A DNA stretch of 64,000 nt from Antedon mediterranea (Eukaryota; Animalia; Echinodermata), in NCBI RefSeq assembly GCF_964355755.1, contig NC_092670.1:18152795-18216794 (forward strand), read 5' to 3'. The translations under genes and the position numbers were made by a program. The notes under the pieces were generated by a model. It was not told where the DNA came from, ran no database searches, and saw only the letters and a list, made by a program, of their open reading frames with translations. Of this stretch, positions 26,444-40,700 are shown in pieces. Every line of letters begins with the position of its first letter. The first letter of the stretch is position 1.

Positions 26444-28017
26444 ACTCATAAACATTCATATTTGTATAATATAATATCCTATCGTTATAGGATACAAAAC
26501 ACTGATCATTCTACTTTTATTGTAAGAATGCAAAGGGCTTCAGATTAACAGCATGTGTTGCACATATAATGTGTAAAAGATTTGCAGTATTGTTTCAATT
26601 TCAGATCAATAAAATCTCTCAAAGTGATTGTATATGAACATCAAAGTAATATAAATTGAATTTAAAGGTTCTCGAATGTGATACAATCCAATTTCATTAT
26701 GTTAATAAAACGCTCTCAGTTGAAATGACAAAAACCTGGACGTGATGTTATGCATTCTGCTTGTAAATTGTACAACTTGTCTTTAAACCTTTAGATCCAG
26801 GGATCTTGATACTACTGGATAACACCAAATAATCATTTATTTGAATAGATTTATACTGTTGATTATAAAGTGTGTTCCTAAAAAAATCTACCCTTTTTAC
26901 TTGAAATCTAATGTGTTTATGCTTTCAAATGGTCAAGATATTATTGTAGTTGACTTAAGGTCAACAGTGGTCAATCAAATAAACGTTATTTTACATTGCA
27001 GCGCAAAAGTTACACAGCGATTCTTAACTCCATTTAAAACATTTACTATATTTTAAATTCTGCTGCCATAAAATTGAAAATTAAAATTAATACAAATGTC
27101 AACAAATGTCTTATCCATTTTAAGTTTTTGGTAACTGATAGTTTTGTACAATTTTGTTTTAATTTTTTCTTTCTGAAATTTTATTGTGAATTCAGGGGAT
27201 GTTTTACACCACTATAATTTTGGACTCATCCTACTATGACAGTCGCAAACCGCATGCTCAATGCAATATGTCTCTCTAATTTTTCAATGTCTGTATGTAT
27301 TGTTGGCTCTGGTGCCATTATTGTAGGACTCATTCTATGACTGTCAGGGGCGACTTTTGATCATTCATGACTAAGTATGATTTCACAGAGGAGGTAACCA
27401 TGCTCGCACATCACACCATCGCAACATCACAGTCCAATAAACTCTTTCAATGGTCATAGGTTTACGGTTGCACAAATTTACGTATACTTTCGGTTGCATT
27501 GAACTTTTAACATGTACTTACAATGGTCTAAAACGACCCGAGGTGCTCCTTCATTGTGTACAGTCAAAGAGGCATTGCTAAATATGCTTTATTACTAAAT
27601 CTGCCGATCTCTGTGGTTTTTATGAGGTGTCTCCCTAAAGATACAATCAGTATTGTGCATTTTAGTGTGCTTTGAAATTCCACAATTATTACAGTTAGCT
27701 AATCCGAGAATTAAATTGCTATTTTGTTTGCTTTTAATGTAAAGTTTTTTCTCCACGTGCAATCCTCTGACATTGTATTGTTAGTAGAGGTATACTGTAG
27801 TCATTTGTTTAATTTTGACATGTAAAGTAGCTGTTGGTTTGATTCCTTTCCATCATCAGACATCCCAATAATCCCGATATGATATTTTGAGTCATCCTCA
27901 CGATAAAGACCAATTTTGCTGATTTTTTTTTATGGAAAAAAAAAATCCTGATAATTGTATTATTTAGTTTAGTATTAGGCGAAACATGTGTTTCCTTAAC
28001 ACATTTCCACCTTGCCA

Positions 28018-28196
28018 AGCACCCGGCACGGATGCCCAGCACCCGGCACGGATGGCCAGCACCCGGCACGGATGCCCAGCACCCGGCACGGATGCCCAGC
28101 ACCCGGCACGGATGCCCAGCACCCGGCACGGATGCCCAGCACCCGGCACGGATGCCCAGCACCCGGCACGGATGCCCAGCACCCGGCACGGATGCC
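28018..28196. repeat. 20-bp GC-rich minisatellite AGCACCCGGCACGGATGCCC x9
   Basis: Nine copies with one substitution; explains ORFs at 27809-28316 on both strands. Confidence 0.97.
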
Positions 28197-30024
28197 AATG
28201 TCGCTTCTTTAGTTTGGTGTATATTTACAATTTTTCTCTTAACGGTGAGTGCAATATTGCAGCAGGCTTATTGGAAGTTAAATTTGTTTTTTAATGTAAC
28301 ATATTGCATATTTTGATTTTATTTTTGGCCAACGCCCCTCTTAATATTGGTTGAAAAGTTTAACAACAGGTTATTATACAGTAATATGGAGACAAAATAC
28401 AATTATATAAAAACAAATGAATAAAAAATGTGATGGTTGAGTAACTTTATGCTGACATCACTCTTTCAAGTTGCCTACGCAATTTATTGTTTTATAACAT
28501 TCCTTTTAAAGGTGTTTGACGTTTGTAATACTAGTAAACTAACAAGGTTGAATAATTAGATCGTTCATTCGCTTAATTTACTTTTCAAAGCGTCGGTACA
28601 TTAGTCGGCTAAAGAATGCATTCAGCTGACCTTGAAACTAAACGTCAAGATTATAAAACTAGTTTTTCGGAAAAAATTAATTTAAGCTTTAGTGACCAAT
28701 ATGAATATATTTGAGTCACCAAAGACATTTTTTTTATTTAATTGTTATACAAACAACAAATTTGAAATACGAACAAATAAAAAATGAATAGACGAACGTT
28801 AAATGAATACATACAATTTTTCTTTGTATAGAACATTTTAATGTATTTAATTTAAAAAACTTTTTACCCAATAAACCCTAATTTAAATGAAAAAATAGTC
28901 ATATGGAAGCCCATTGCCTGGAAGAAAACTATTTTCTGGTAAAATTTTAAAATGTAATGCCATATTTCTATTTTTTTTTTGGATGGGGGGTGGAGTTGGT
29001 GGCAAACGTGAATAGTGCTTATATAACTGGAAAATGGCCTATTCATTTTTCATGTTTTTGGTGACAAATACATGTTGTAGTTTTAATAGCCTATTTATTT
29101 CTTCATACAAGAAGAAACAAAAATAATGTAGTTCTGTATGATGCAGATCCTAGTAGTTACAATTCCAGACAGATTGTCTAAAAGTAAACGACTTTAAGTC
29201 TAAAGCCACGTCTTACGAAGACGAAATCTGAAATAAATTGACTTTCTCTTTTTTTTCCTCTGTCGAAAAAAGATGGATCGTTGTAGCATAATCAGTTCGT
29301 TGGCCTTGTAAAATACATAAACATCTCGTATTATCTGTTAGTACGGTTTAGAACTCTGTACAACTGATGGCAACAGGAAATCCACTTGTACAAATCTTGA
29401 GCATTAGTAATTAATATCGGACTTGAAATCATTAGGATTGCCATTAAACACGGTGGTAACAGTACTTTATGTTGCAATGGATTTGCGGATACTAGCGCCG
29501 TTTTCATTTGTGCATCGATTCGTTTGAAATTGCGGCATCCTCGAAGCAATCACACAAGTTCACAAATGAGTGAACATTGTTTGGCAGGTGGAGGGTTAAT
29601 TAAATGTAGTGTAAAGATGTACTCAAATGTTGCAGTCAGTACATAATTGATTTGGAGAAATAATTTCATCCAGTTTTCTATCAAGGTTAGATTTACATGA
29701 TTCTTTAAAAAGTAAGATTTATATATAAACAGGTGGTAGATTCTGGTGTATAGGTAGGACATTATTTTAAGCTTGGCATTCTGTATCTAGGCTTAATATA
29801 TTATTTAGAAAGTTACTTAACTATGAGGTTATGGCGATACTCACTTTCGGACTAAATTATGTTTATTTTATATTATTGTGTTCGAGAAGTTTTAGTGATA
29901 CACTAATTGAAATTGTTATGATGATTGGAGTTATTTACACTATATTCACTATGAAAAATGTTTGTTAATGTATGCAAAGTTTAGTTGTAAAGGAGGCTAG
30001 ATAAACTATATGGAGCTAAGACAA

Positions 30025-30238
30025 GAGGCATTTATGCAAATGAGGTTCACTGCAACACTTGCGCAAACGAGACACTTTAGAAAATGAGATGCACACTGCA
30101 ACAATTGCACAAAATTAGGCACTTATGCAAATGAGATGCACTGCAACACTTGTGCAAACAAGGCACTTATGCAAATGAGATACATTGAAACAGTTGCGCA
30201 AACGAGGCACTTGCGTAAATAACTTATACAAATGAGAT
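30025..30238. repeat. About 45-bp tandem repeat carrying ATGCAAAT and TTGCGCAA motifs
   Basis: Unit GGCACTTATGCAAATGAGATGCACTGCAACACTTGCGCAAACGA, about 4.5 diverged copies. Confidence 0.8.
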
Positions 30239-32794
30239 TTTTGTTTAGTGTGAAGGAGGTGGGATTGCAGAATCGTTTCACTCCTGGTAATTGTACGTTC
30301 GTGAATTGTAGTATTATAACATATCTATTGAAACATGATTTTATTGCATCTTTCCCTAGTTGATTCCCTTTTGTATTTGCTGTTTTCATTCCCATCTGGT
30401 TGGATGCTGGTTGCTATGCTTTTTTGGTGAATGCATGCAGTTTCTGAAATCTAAAAGCTCTGCTATTAGATAACATTTTAATTTGATTACTCTGAGGACA
30501 CTCTTAGAAATAGAAACCTATTGAAACTCTTTTATTAGTAATCCTAAAATCGAAATAACCCTTCAAATTATTTAATAACTGCATTAAGGATTACTTAAGA
30601 CTTTAAGAGCATTATTTTTTTGTGGTTTTGTACAAAATGATTTCAGCACGACTTCTTTCATATTATTAGTGATTGATAAATGAGTCACATTGCTTATGTC
30701 ATTTCGGTGAACCTAATCTTAAGCGGAAGCAAGCTTACTTATTATGTTTTAATCTTAAGTCAAATAATTCATTTTGGATTCTTTAAGAGGCAATATGTTA
30801 CAATACAACTTGATAATCCCAGTTGATTAATAAAATTGCCGTCACATTTATATTAGCAACATTTTTACAGTAATTGAAATGTCTGCTGGGCATTGGGTAA
30901 CATATCCTGACACCTTTAAGGAATTGGTGGGCTAGAACATGACATTTTAACACTTGGTAAGGTGTCTTGAAAACACAACTATATGTTAGCTGCTAAATTG
31001 TCCTTCCATTTCTCCCTGTTTTTCTTCACCCATTCTTTGGTTCTTGACCTTTGTCCTTATTCCTTTCTTCTTTTTTTTTGCTACTACCTCTCTTCCATTC
31101 TATGTTGTATTATTCTTTTCTGCCATCACACTCCTCCTTCCTTCCTTCCTTCCTTCCTTCTATTATTCACCATTCCATTCTTTGCTTCGAATCCCTATGA
31201 ATTCAAACAGCTTTTTTTTCTTGGTTCTCTTGAATCCTATGTGAAATCTATTCATTACAATTTAGATAAGTGGCGCCCTCTATGATTTGAATTTGTTAGA
31301 ATTAATTCATTGATCTCATACCTGTTGTATGATCATTTTAACTTTTTTTCCTTTTCAAAACCTTTTGGATATCAAAAATATATGTTCTTTTACATAAACT
31401 AGACATAAATTATTTTTGCTAGTATTTTTGTAGTTGTGATTTTTTTGATATATAGTCAATAAAGTTTCTCTTATATCTTCAGTTTAAATGTCACACCGTC
31501 ATCTATGTCTCTCGTTGCAGACACATGGCCTAACAATCACGCTTAATGTGATTTGATTTAACCGCTTACATACAATGTTGAACAGCGCCTTGGGAGACGC
31601 GTAACGAACGTCACGTTTGTTGAAAATGTATTACAAGGATTTTTTTCAATTTTTGTCTGCGATTTAAAGTTGTCTTTAGATGGTCTAAAAGATTCAACAT
31701 GATTTAATTGACAATGTAGTTGCAGTGTTTCAAAGCTTAAGAGTAGAATTAACGAGAATCCCGGCTTAGTACAAGCTGACTTTAGTAAAACTTACCATAT
31801 TTATGTCTTGTTATACGCTTTGGCTATGAAATCTTTCTAATCCTACCATCTTTTATAGAAGACTTTTATCGAAGACAGTGATTGGTTGATTTCTCTTATT
31901 ACATTCAAAGTTGATATGTACCATCCCTCATAAAGAAAAGTTTGAATATTGTTTTGTTCAGTCGAATGATGTGACATTGAAATATGCAGCCTGTTCAATT
32001 AGCAAACCCCTTAATAGTAACAGAAAATGAACAATCACTACAGTACTGTAAGTCTGGTTTTGGGAAAGTTTTTTGTTTGTTTTCAGAGTGCTTGGTATTA
32101 TAGAGTTCACTTCAACCTTCAAGGCTGGAAATTCACCCTAGCACCGTCTTTTATAATTGCTATGTTGAAAAATTCAAAACTATTTTGTTTTCTGTGTTGG
32201 CTGTATATTTGGAGAAAATAGTTTTAGTTTAGAAAAGTTGCAAGAAGGCTTCAGTAGATTTGCCAATTTTTGTAAATTCTTACTTTTTGCTTTCTTGCTA
32301 TAAACTGTAGTTGGATTTTGCTTGTTAAGATTATCACAACTAGCAAAATTCTAGTCGATAAAGAAGTATCCATTAATAATAAAATGAATTACAAATATAT
32401 AGGGATTTCACATGACCAGGGTCAAGAACCATGAGCACAATGATTGTGTTATCCCACTGTCACTTGCTCGACCTCCCAAAGTGAGCAAGTGCACGCATAG
32501 CAAACATTAAACGCTCTATTTGCTGTCCTAGTATTAGAGGCCTAACTAACTACAGCATGCTCATCCCACACAAATGATATTTAACCTCCGACACATGTGT
32601 AGCGGCTGTGCGTAAAAAGCAGCAGGCTTAAGACCTTAAATACGAGTCATTCACGTCAGAACGTGCATGACTTATCCGGTAATTCCCACAGAATATTAAA
32701 TGTCACTAAATATCCTAAAAATAGAATCATGCTAATTGCTAATTATGATGTGATGACATTTTATTAGTAATTCCTATATTATATTAGATTATTA

Positions 32795-32927
32795 CAGTAT
32801 TATTACACTTGCACTGATGAAGGGCTAGTGTTGCCTGAAAGCTCCGCTAACTTTTCTTGCTGTTTTAATTATCGTTTTGATTTTTTCGCTTTTTTTTTTT
32901 ATCTCCATTGAGATCCAGCCACTGGAT
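32795..32927 (+). mobile_element. Small TSD-flanked insert with minimal hammerhead-like core (Penelope pLTR/retrozyme-like fragment)
   Basis: 16-bp direct repeats TTATATTAGATTATTA (32779-32794, 32928-32943), CTGATGA-stem-GAAA-GCTC at 32814-32844, and terminal hairpin ATCCAG-CCA-CTGGAT. Confidence 0.55.
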
Positions 32928-33334
32928 TTATATTAGATTATTAATACAAAATTACGTTACTTATTTATTCCCACAGGGAAATGTCCCTTTCCTTGTTGAT
33001 AGAGGTGTACCCTGAATAGGGATGTCAAACGAGAGGTTCCACTTAAATATGGTTTAACATTAAATGCAAATATTAGTTGATCCGCCCAACTTCTTCCTTC
33101 CACCGTTCATGCAATACCTAGCTTTTGCTTTGGGATGGTAGACAAAGAAAGGATGTTAAATCGACCAAATACAGTAAGAAGATAAGATTATGAAGGAACA
33201 CGAGGATTTGCTGGAAAATGATAAAGGTTTCCCTAGACAATGGTAATTACAGGCATATGCAGGATATAAAGAATAGAGGTTGCATCATTGATATCCACCA
33301 TTGGATAGGCTGGATAGGTAAAATAATAAATGAA

Positions 33335-33540
33335 TATCCTGAATTTATAAAGCGCCTAATGTTGTGAACTAAGCGCTGTAAATATTATTACCCCGGTCAT
33401 TTTTGGATCAAACATGTATGGAAACAGACTGCCATAAATGTTGCATTTATAGTAATCAGCACAGTTTGAGCTTTGACCTTACCATGTACTCATTTGTACA
33501 CCTGGTTGGAGAGGGGCAAACGTAAAGTGTCTTGCGGTAG
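33335..33540 (-). mobile_element. SINE fragment with CORE-like domain and L2-type tail
   Basis: Minus strand reads gcaagacactttac..ttgcccctctccaaccaggtgtacaaatgagtac...agcgcttag...ggcgctttataaatt. Confidence 0.55.
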
Positions 33541-34616
33541 GATCTCACTCTGTCATAGTGCAACATAATTGCACACGCACCCCCCATGGAATGAAAGAAA
33601 CTGTATGTACTGTGTCTTTATGCATATTCACAGAAAAATATTATCTTTCACCGTCTACCTACCATCCCAAATAAAAAGCTAGTATTGTTGACATACGCAA
33701 CATGAACACGTGCACCTCCTTCAAGGTTTAACATTTTATCATACTGTACAAATATGTAAATGTAATTATTATTTCAAATATAAGTCTTTAGAATAAGATG
33801 ATCCATAAAGCTGATACCATTAGGGAGAGAGATTTATTATATTCATCATTTAAGCTATGTTATTTATGGCTATTGTGTATAATAATGGATTAAAATGAGA
33901 AAAAGGTCATTGGATAAGACACTAATCTTATTTTAATATGAGATACAAATCTTCAGATAACTATTATTAAATAAAGTACGAAAATTCCTTTGTTTAATGT
34001 ATAACATAAATTTGTTTTAAAGAAAAGAAGATTATACTGATTTGTGAATAACCTTACAGTGTAACACTACTACTACTCTTTACATCTTCCAAAACCCCCA
34101 CCCCGCAATCTAACTTTACCCGATATCTAACTTTACCCGATTGTTGTGAGCATAATTTCAGGGAGGTACTTATTTTTATACCTCCCTGATAATTTAGTAT
34201 TTTGTTCTTGTTTTATTTGAATCGTCGAACAGAAAACCTCTGAAAATGAAGTAAAATAAAGCACTAAGTTTAACTGTGCTCCTACTACCTGCAATGGTGC
34301 CAATGTGTTTTTGAGAACATATTTTAATATGTGTCATACGCTATCAAATCAACTAGACCGTCCTGTAATCACCAGCATGCCTGTGCAACATGGCAATGGC
34401 CTCAGCTGAAATTCTCAATTCCCATTAGCTATATTGATTTTTCTTAATATTATTGACTAGCAATTCAAACATGATATATGCTTGCCTCCGGTGCCTTTTC
34501 CTGCTTTAGATGCTGCAACAAGAGTGATGTTTTACAATCTTCACTTAAATTCACATTATTTGATTCACAGAGCTGTTAACAGATTCATTGCACCAATTTG
34601 AAGTAAAGAGGTCTCT

Positions 34617-34740
34617 ATGGCGATGTCGAACCATCATAGCCACTACCAAAATGGTGGCCTTCCTGGTTACAGTGGCATGATGGGACACATGCACTTGCAC
34701 ATGAACCAAGGAATTGTAGGGGATAACCATGATTGTCAAG
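34617..34740 (+). CDS. GRB14: Grb7/10/14-like first coding exon ([14 protein letters not shown]...DNHDCQ), phase 1
   Basis: ATG at 34617 has an in-frame TGA upstream. There is an acceptor tgattcacag ending at 34570 and a donor CAAG|gtgagc at 34741. Length 124 nt (phase 1) joins 38478 as G|AC = Asp in frame. Confidence 0.72.
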
Positions 34741-37700
34741 GTGAGCATGATCTGATTTTTTTTAAATATCCTGTTCAGACACAAACAAATTGGTTAAAAC
34801 CCTATTCAGACTACATTTGATGGTTTGCGGTGTAATTTATCTTTGGCCTTGTTTGGGCTTATTACAGTATTTACTTTGGTAAAGTTGGTGATCTACCCAT
34901 CAAAGTTAGCAATAGATAATTGGTCCATATTCAACTTACTTTTACAGTAGATAACTAAGCCTAAATGGGCCCTTATTTTATTTCCGCAATTCATAGAAAA
35001 TACTTACATTTTAGGTTTTAAAATAGACTCTAGAATTCTAGTCTAGTACACAACGTTTTAATATTTATAAATTCGTATTTATATTTAGCAGTTAATCTGA
35101 GAAGTAATTTCAACACAGAAATAGTTCTTTGAATAGATCCTAGATTACTATAATTGCGGTTTGTAATTCAAATGTTAAAATTCTTAGAATTATAATTATA
35201 GATTTAAAAAAAAGTCAAATCATTATTATCGTACCGGCGCTGGTTTAATCGTGTATGGGTATAACTAAGTTTGAATTCATTTTTCATTCCGTATTATTCC
35301 TGTGGCCGTTCACTGGCAGACAATTGTTGTTAACGATTGGTAGGTAAGTTTGTAATAGCTTAAAATAATTTTTCACCCAGTCTATGCTGTCTTCCTGAGC
35401 CTAGGTAAGCTGAACTTTATGTGACAAAAGAATGTGATGTGCCCATATATGAACATAATGATGTCATATCACTACCATATTTGTGCATATCACACTTTTT
35501 TTTTGTCAAACTACTGTAGCTTTACTGCATGGTATGCTACCAACTTTAAGCGGAACCCTAGTTTGGATCCACCTATGAATGTATGAAATTATTATACAGT
35601 ATTAGGCTTATTTGTTTAGGAAACAAAAGAAACAATTGTTGGTTTTTGTTAATACTTATATACATCTTATTAATGTTTAGCTAAATTTCGAAAATTGCAA
35701 TGCAAAAGATAGGACATCGAATTAGCTCAGCCCTTCATTTCACCATTTGTAGGCCTGGGCCTCTATTTCAAAATCCTGGATCCACCACTGCAGGGCTGCC
35801 AGTTCCTTTTTACGCCGCATTATCCTCCCTAGTTTTTTTTAACCAGATACTCATTTACAACTGAGTGGACTGAGAGTTGCTTTTGGTATTCAAGTGGCCT
35901 AACCACTCGACTAATGCAACCACAAATGCAATGAAGTTGAGCAATTTAACTCTTTTAAGTACAAAGTCAAATATACAGCTAATTACTATGCCTACGTCGG
36001 TAGTGGTTTGAAAAAGTTTATGCAAAACAGTTAAGTTTATCGTTATTATTACATTTATTATTAGTTTTATGGATTCATTTGAAAATATATTGTGTGAAAA
36101 CTGTGATAGTAAAATATTTTATTTTAAAATGGTTAAATATTGTTATTAATTTTCTAATATTTTGTTCTATGGATATATTTGAACATACATCTTGTGAAAC
36201 AAGTAATATTAAATTAATTTAATGTTTCAATGTTAATATTGTTATCTGATGAATCTTAAATATTTTATTTCAAATACTTGAAAGAGAGATGCGATTTCTG
36301 TCTGAAACAAGATTGGTTATAAAAAAAGTTTTACTATTGCTTTTTATATTTTGATTTAAAGAAAATGAACAGTTAATATTGAATGTGAATAATTTAATAG
36401 TAGCATTATTATTCTTAAATATTAACAGTTAATAATTCAGACAGATGTTGGTGAGATTAACAAGTTTTATTATAAAATATTGAATTTTAGTCAAATAATT
36501 GTATAGATTTTTTTAAACATCAATATAGTTAATATTTCTTTATGAATAATCTAGGTAATAATGAGCTACATAACTATTGATTATATAAATATAATATAAT
36601 AATATAACTGATGAATATAGAGGCTCTACAGGGTTTTAATGAACATCTGCCAGTTGAACCGTTGTAACATATGATTCCTTAAGCACTGGCCATGGTTCAT
36701 GGAATTTAATAGAATATTGACTGGATTTGAGCGTTTTTGATGAGGCTTTTTTTGACCTAAAGTGTAATCCCTAGATACAGTGGCTGGCAGGCAGCAGAAT
36801 CCTTTATAACACACTGATGCTGTTTGCTATGTATATCATGCACACTAATCCCATCATCATATTCATAAAGCGAAGCAAATTGTAACAGTGTATTACCAGT
36901 GTGTGCATGCGTATTCTATTCAGGAAAGCCATACGTTCCGCCGTATCCGATCCTGCCTTCATTTCTGACAGTTAGCCGCATTTTCCTGTCTGCTGTGCGT
37001 CCTCCCCTTCATATGTTACAGAATATTGGATAATTATTTTTGATTTGTTTGTTTTTTATTGGACTTAACCGTGGGAAAGTGTAAGTTTGTTCTCAACTAG
37101 TAATAACTGATAAATAGTGGATATGGTATAAAACACGTGGAATGATGTCATACTGTATACTGTAGTAAATTACATCATTTTTAATATCAATATTGTTCTA
37201 TTGTAGTTCTATTTAGTCATACAAAGTTTCATTTAATTTTTTTAAATAAAAATTCAGTATAATCTATAAATAGTGTAACAAAGTTTTCTTTTACTTTGTT
37301 TTTTTTTTATTTATTTTTTTTGTATGTAGATGAAAGTTTGAGATTCCAAGATTGTAATGCTTATTAGGGTCATAGGTCAAATTTTGTCTATTAATAATAT
37401 GTACAATAATTATTTTTTAAACTCTTACATTGTACAAAATGTTTGTAGAATTTCCTTTTAGAGTGTTGAAGTTATAAGTTATTATAATTAATTTGTATTA
37501 TTTTGTTGAAAAACTAGCTAGTGTTTAGCACCCTTTGTTTTTTTTTATATTTGTTTGTTTTATAATTCGCAGAAATAAATAAATATTTTTATTATACCTA
37601 GGAAAAATTGTTACAATCCCTTTTATTTTGCGCATATTACTTGTTCAGTTATATAAATATATCTTCGTCCTTTTAATTGGATGCGTTTATGTAAATGAAG

Positions 37701-40700
37701 GAATCTCAAAATCTACAAAGCATCTAATAATTGAGAAAAATTACCATTTTAAAAAATGTCCAGAGCAAATCAGTTTTTGTATTTAAAAAAAAAAAGTGAT
37801 ATATTTTAAAGGTCATCATCTTCTACTGACGTCAACCTTTTCTGTTAATATACAAAATTATTTTTTTACTTGTAAATACTCTAATTGACAAAACCATATA
37901 TTCTTTACTTTTGACGTCATTCTCTTAACTTTTACATACAAAATTACAACATTTGACTGGTAAAATATCGTAATTGACAGAATATTCTTGTTCATGTATT
38001 CATTGAATAAGCTGCTGTATAAATTAATGACAAGGATAAGGTAGGTGTAATTAGTACTGGTACTGTGGTACCTTGTCATGTATAATAATTAGGCCCAGTA
38101 CGTACATGAGCTACAAGATGAGCTAGTAGCAGGTAGGAAATTCACTTCATTCATCTAAACATTTTCTAAAATGATATTAAAGCATGAATTGTTGAGCGAA
38201 TATAATGCATCTTTTTTGTGTAGATAATCTTGTTTGTGTTTATTTATTCGCCTACTCTGCATCTGTTCCCATCTTTCTGATCCCAGGTCCTGGGTTCAGT
38301 AATAACACCTAGTATGCACGTGTGTGCAGAGTAGGTTGCCCTCTAGTCCTACACTCAACTCAAATGTTAGTAGAATTGATTATCTATGACCTAGACAAGC
38401 AGATTATGTGTATAATTCATTTTGTATATCATTACAATTTTACAATGAATATAAATTGATTATAATTTCATTTATAGACGATCTAGATCTAGATTCCCTC
38501 GTGAATGGATTGAGTTCGTTTCCTACACCTCTGGATTCAGACGATCAGCACCTGTTGAGTCAAGACGACCTAAATGAATCCTCTGATTACGAGCCATCTG
38601 ATCATTCCAGTTCGCCCCCGATTCATTCACACTCGCCCCTTGTTCATTCTCCAACGACATACTCCAACAGCCACGGCCCGCTTCTTCAGAGCGTATCATC
38701 GCCAACTCAAGTGGTGAGATTTCACAGGCAACACAAAAGCCTTATAAAGAGCAAGTCTCTGCCGATTCGCCAGGGCATGAAAAGTGACATCCCAGATCCA
38801 TTTCCGGATCTTGGGGGCTATCAACAAACAAGGATTGCAACATCAATGGTAAGAATAACCTTTTGTTTACATTCTTAGCAAATAAATTGTTTCTCATAAA
38901 TGGTTTCTAATAACTTGATATCAAAGGGCTTCCACTATAATTGAATATCCCTGTGTGGACAATATATCTCGTAAGCTTATATATCCCATAATGCACACTA
39001 ATCGATTCAGAAAGCGGAACCGTAACCCAGGCTTATGGCTTTTGGCATGTGTTCGAGGCTCAATCTCTTGATGGTTCTTGTGGTAGAACGAGTCTTCTCT
39101 GATAAGGACTATAAGCCGTATGTCCAGTGTACACAAACTCTGTGCATTTTATATAACCTAGTACATTTTTCGAGATGAGTAGGGGGTTATCCCAGTGTAT
39201 TAATGGACATATGAGAGAACTGGCAGAAACAAAGAAAAATCATGTAGTTACTTAAAACTAAAATGTCAGGCCCTATTTGGATAAAGCTCTCATAATCTTC
39301 CGTAAGCAGAACATTTATTCCAAACACGAGGATGTCCACTTCTGTGATTTAATAAACATACTTTTATCAGAATATTGGTGGTGTCGTGATTAGGCAAAGG
39401 AATTAATATTTGATGAGAGACACATTTTTCAAATTGCTGTAATCTGTATTTTATCTAACTTAAATGGTATCTTTAAATAATGAGATTATGAAATTTGGTA
39501 AACAAATATTATTAAGACTATAGTTTTGTAGAAAAAAGTATGATCAATGATAATGACATCATAAATGAATACAGTTTCCGCTGAATAGGCATGGTCTGTT
39601 ATAGTTGTAAAACATGTTGTCCCTCATTTGTGTTAAACCAGAAAATGTGCCCAAAATTATGGAGCTTTTGGCCCACTATTAAATTTTGAAAATTGCAATG
39701 CAAATGACAGGTCATAGGTCAATTTCGGCACTTTTTAGGCCATGCACTCCTCTATTTCAAAAAACTGATTTCTCCCCTGGATGTCCACTGGACTGGGGTT
39801 CTTTATTGTACTGAATCCAATACAAGTCATATTTTGAAGTATACGGTAAATTTCATTTTATACAAAATATGCTGTGGATAAATTTTATAATTTTAATTAA
39901 CAATCCTCAAATGTAAATCTTGTATTGATAGAATTCAGGTACAAAAGCAATTTCTAAAATTGTCTGTATAACACAAAAGGGTGTCGGTACAGAACCGACA
40001 GAGTGATTCATTTTATTAAGCCTAGTAATTGGCTATCTATAATAGTCACTTTCTTTGTCTTTCTTATTTTATAGCGTTATCCATACATACTTTTATTGAA
40101 AATAAATAATCATTATACAAATTTCTGCTATTCAAATACGAGACAATTGACCATTAAATTTATTCATTCGTTTTCCATTTTTCTGCTATTGTTATTTTAC
40201 TCTCGTTAACGTTAATTCAATCCTCTCGTGTTTTTTTTTATGTGATGGTAATGATACCTGGCGTCAGATATCAATTTCATTGTCTATTGCTCAGGGCAAT
40301 TCCAGGTCTGTAATGATTTTTACCGAGTACATTTTATCAAGTTAACTTTAATCGTAAAGATCTAACTTTATTCTAGTACTAGTTTGATATTATAGAATTT
40401 TATAGAAAAATATTATAATCAATATGTACTGTAAATATTCAACAGACAAACAGTTAAATTTTACCAAAAAACCCATCAATTAAAATGAATAACGATTATG
40501 TGACATTAAAATTAACTAATCAAAATAAAAATGCTAATTATTTTCTTTCATTAAAAATACAATTAATATTATCAATTAAGTTATATATACATTTAATTTT
40601 ATAATTACTAATATTTTCATTTAGGACAAAATTATAGCCATATAATTTTATCAATATTAATAATCAAGTTTTACATTTTTTACAATGAAATAATTATAAG

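Noticed and set aside
27809-28316. Five overlapping ORFs on both strands
   Set aside because: Translation of the 20-bp GC-rich minisatellite.
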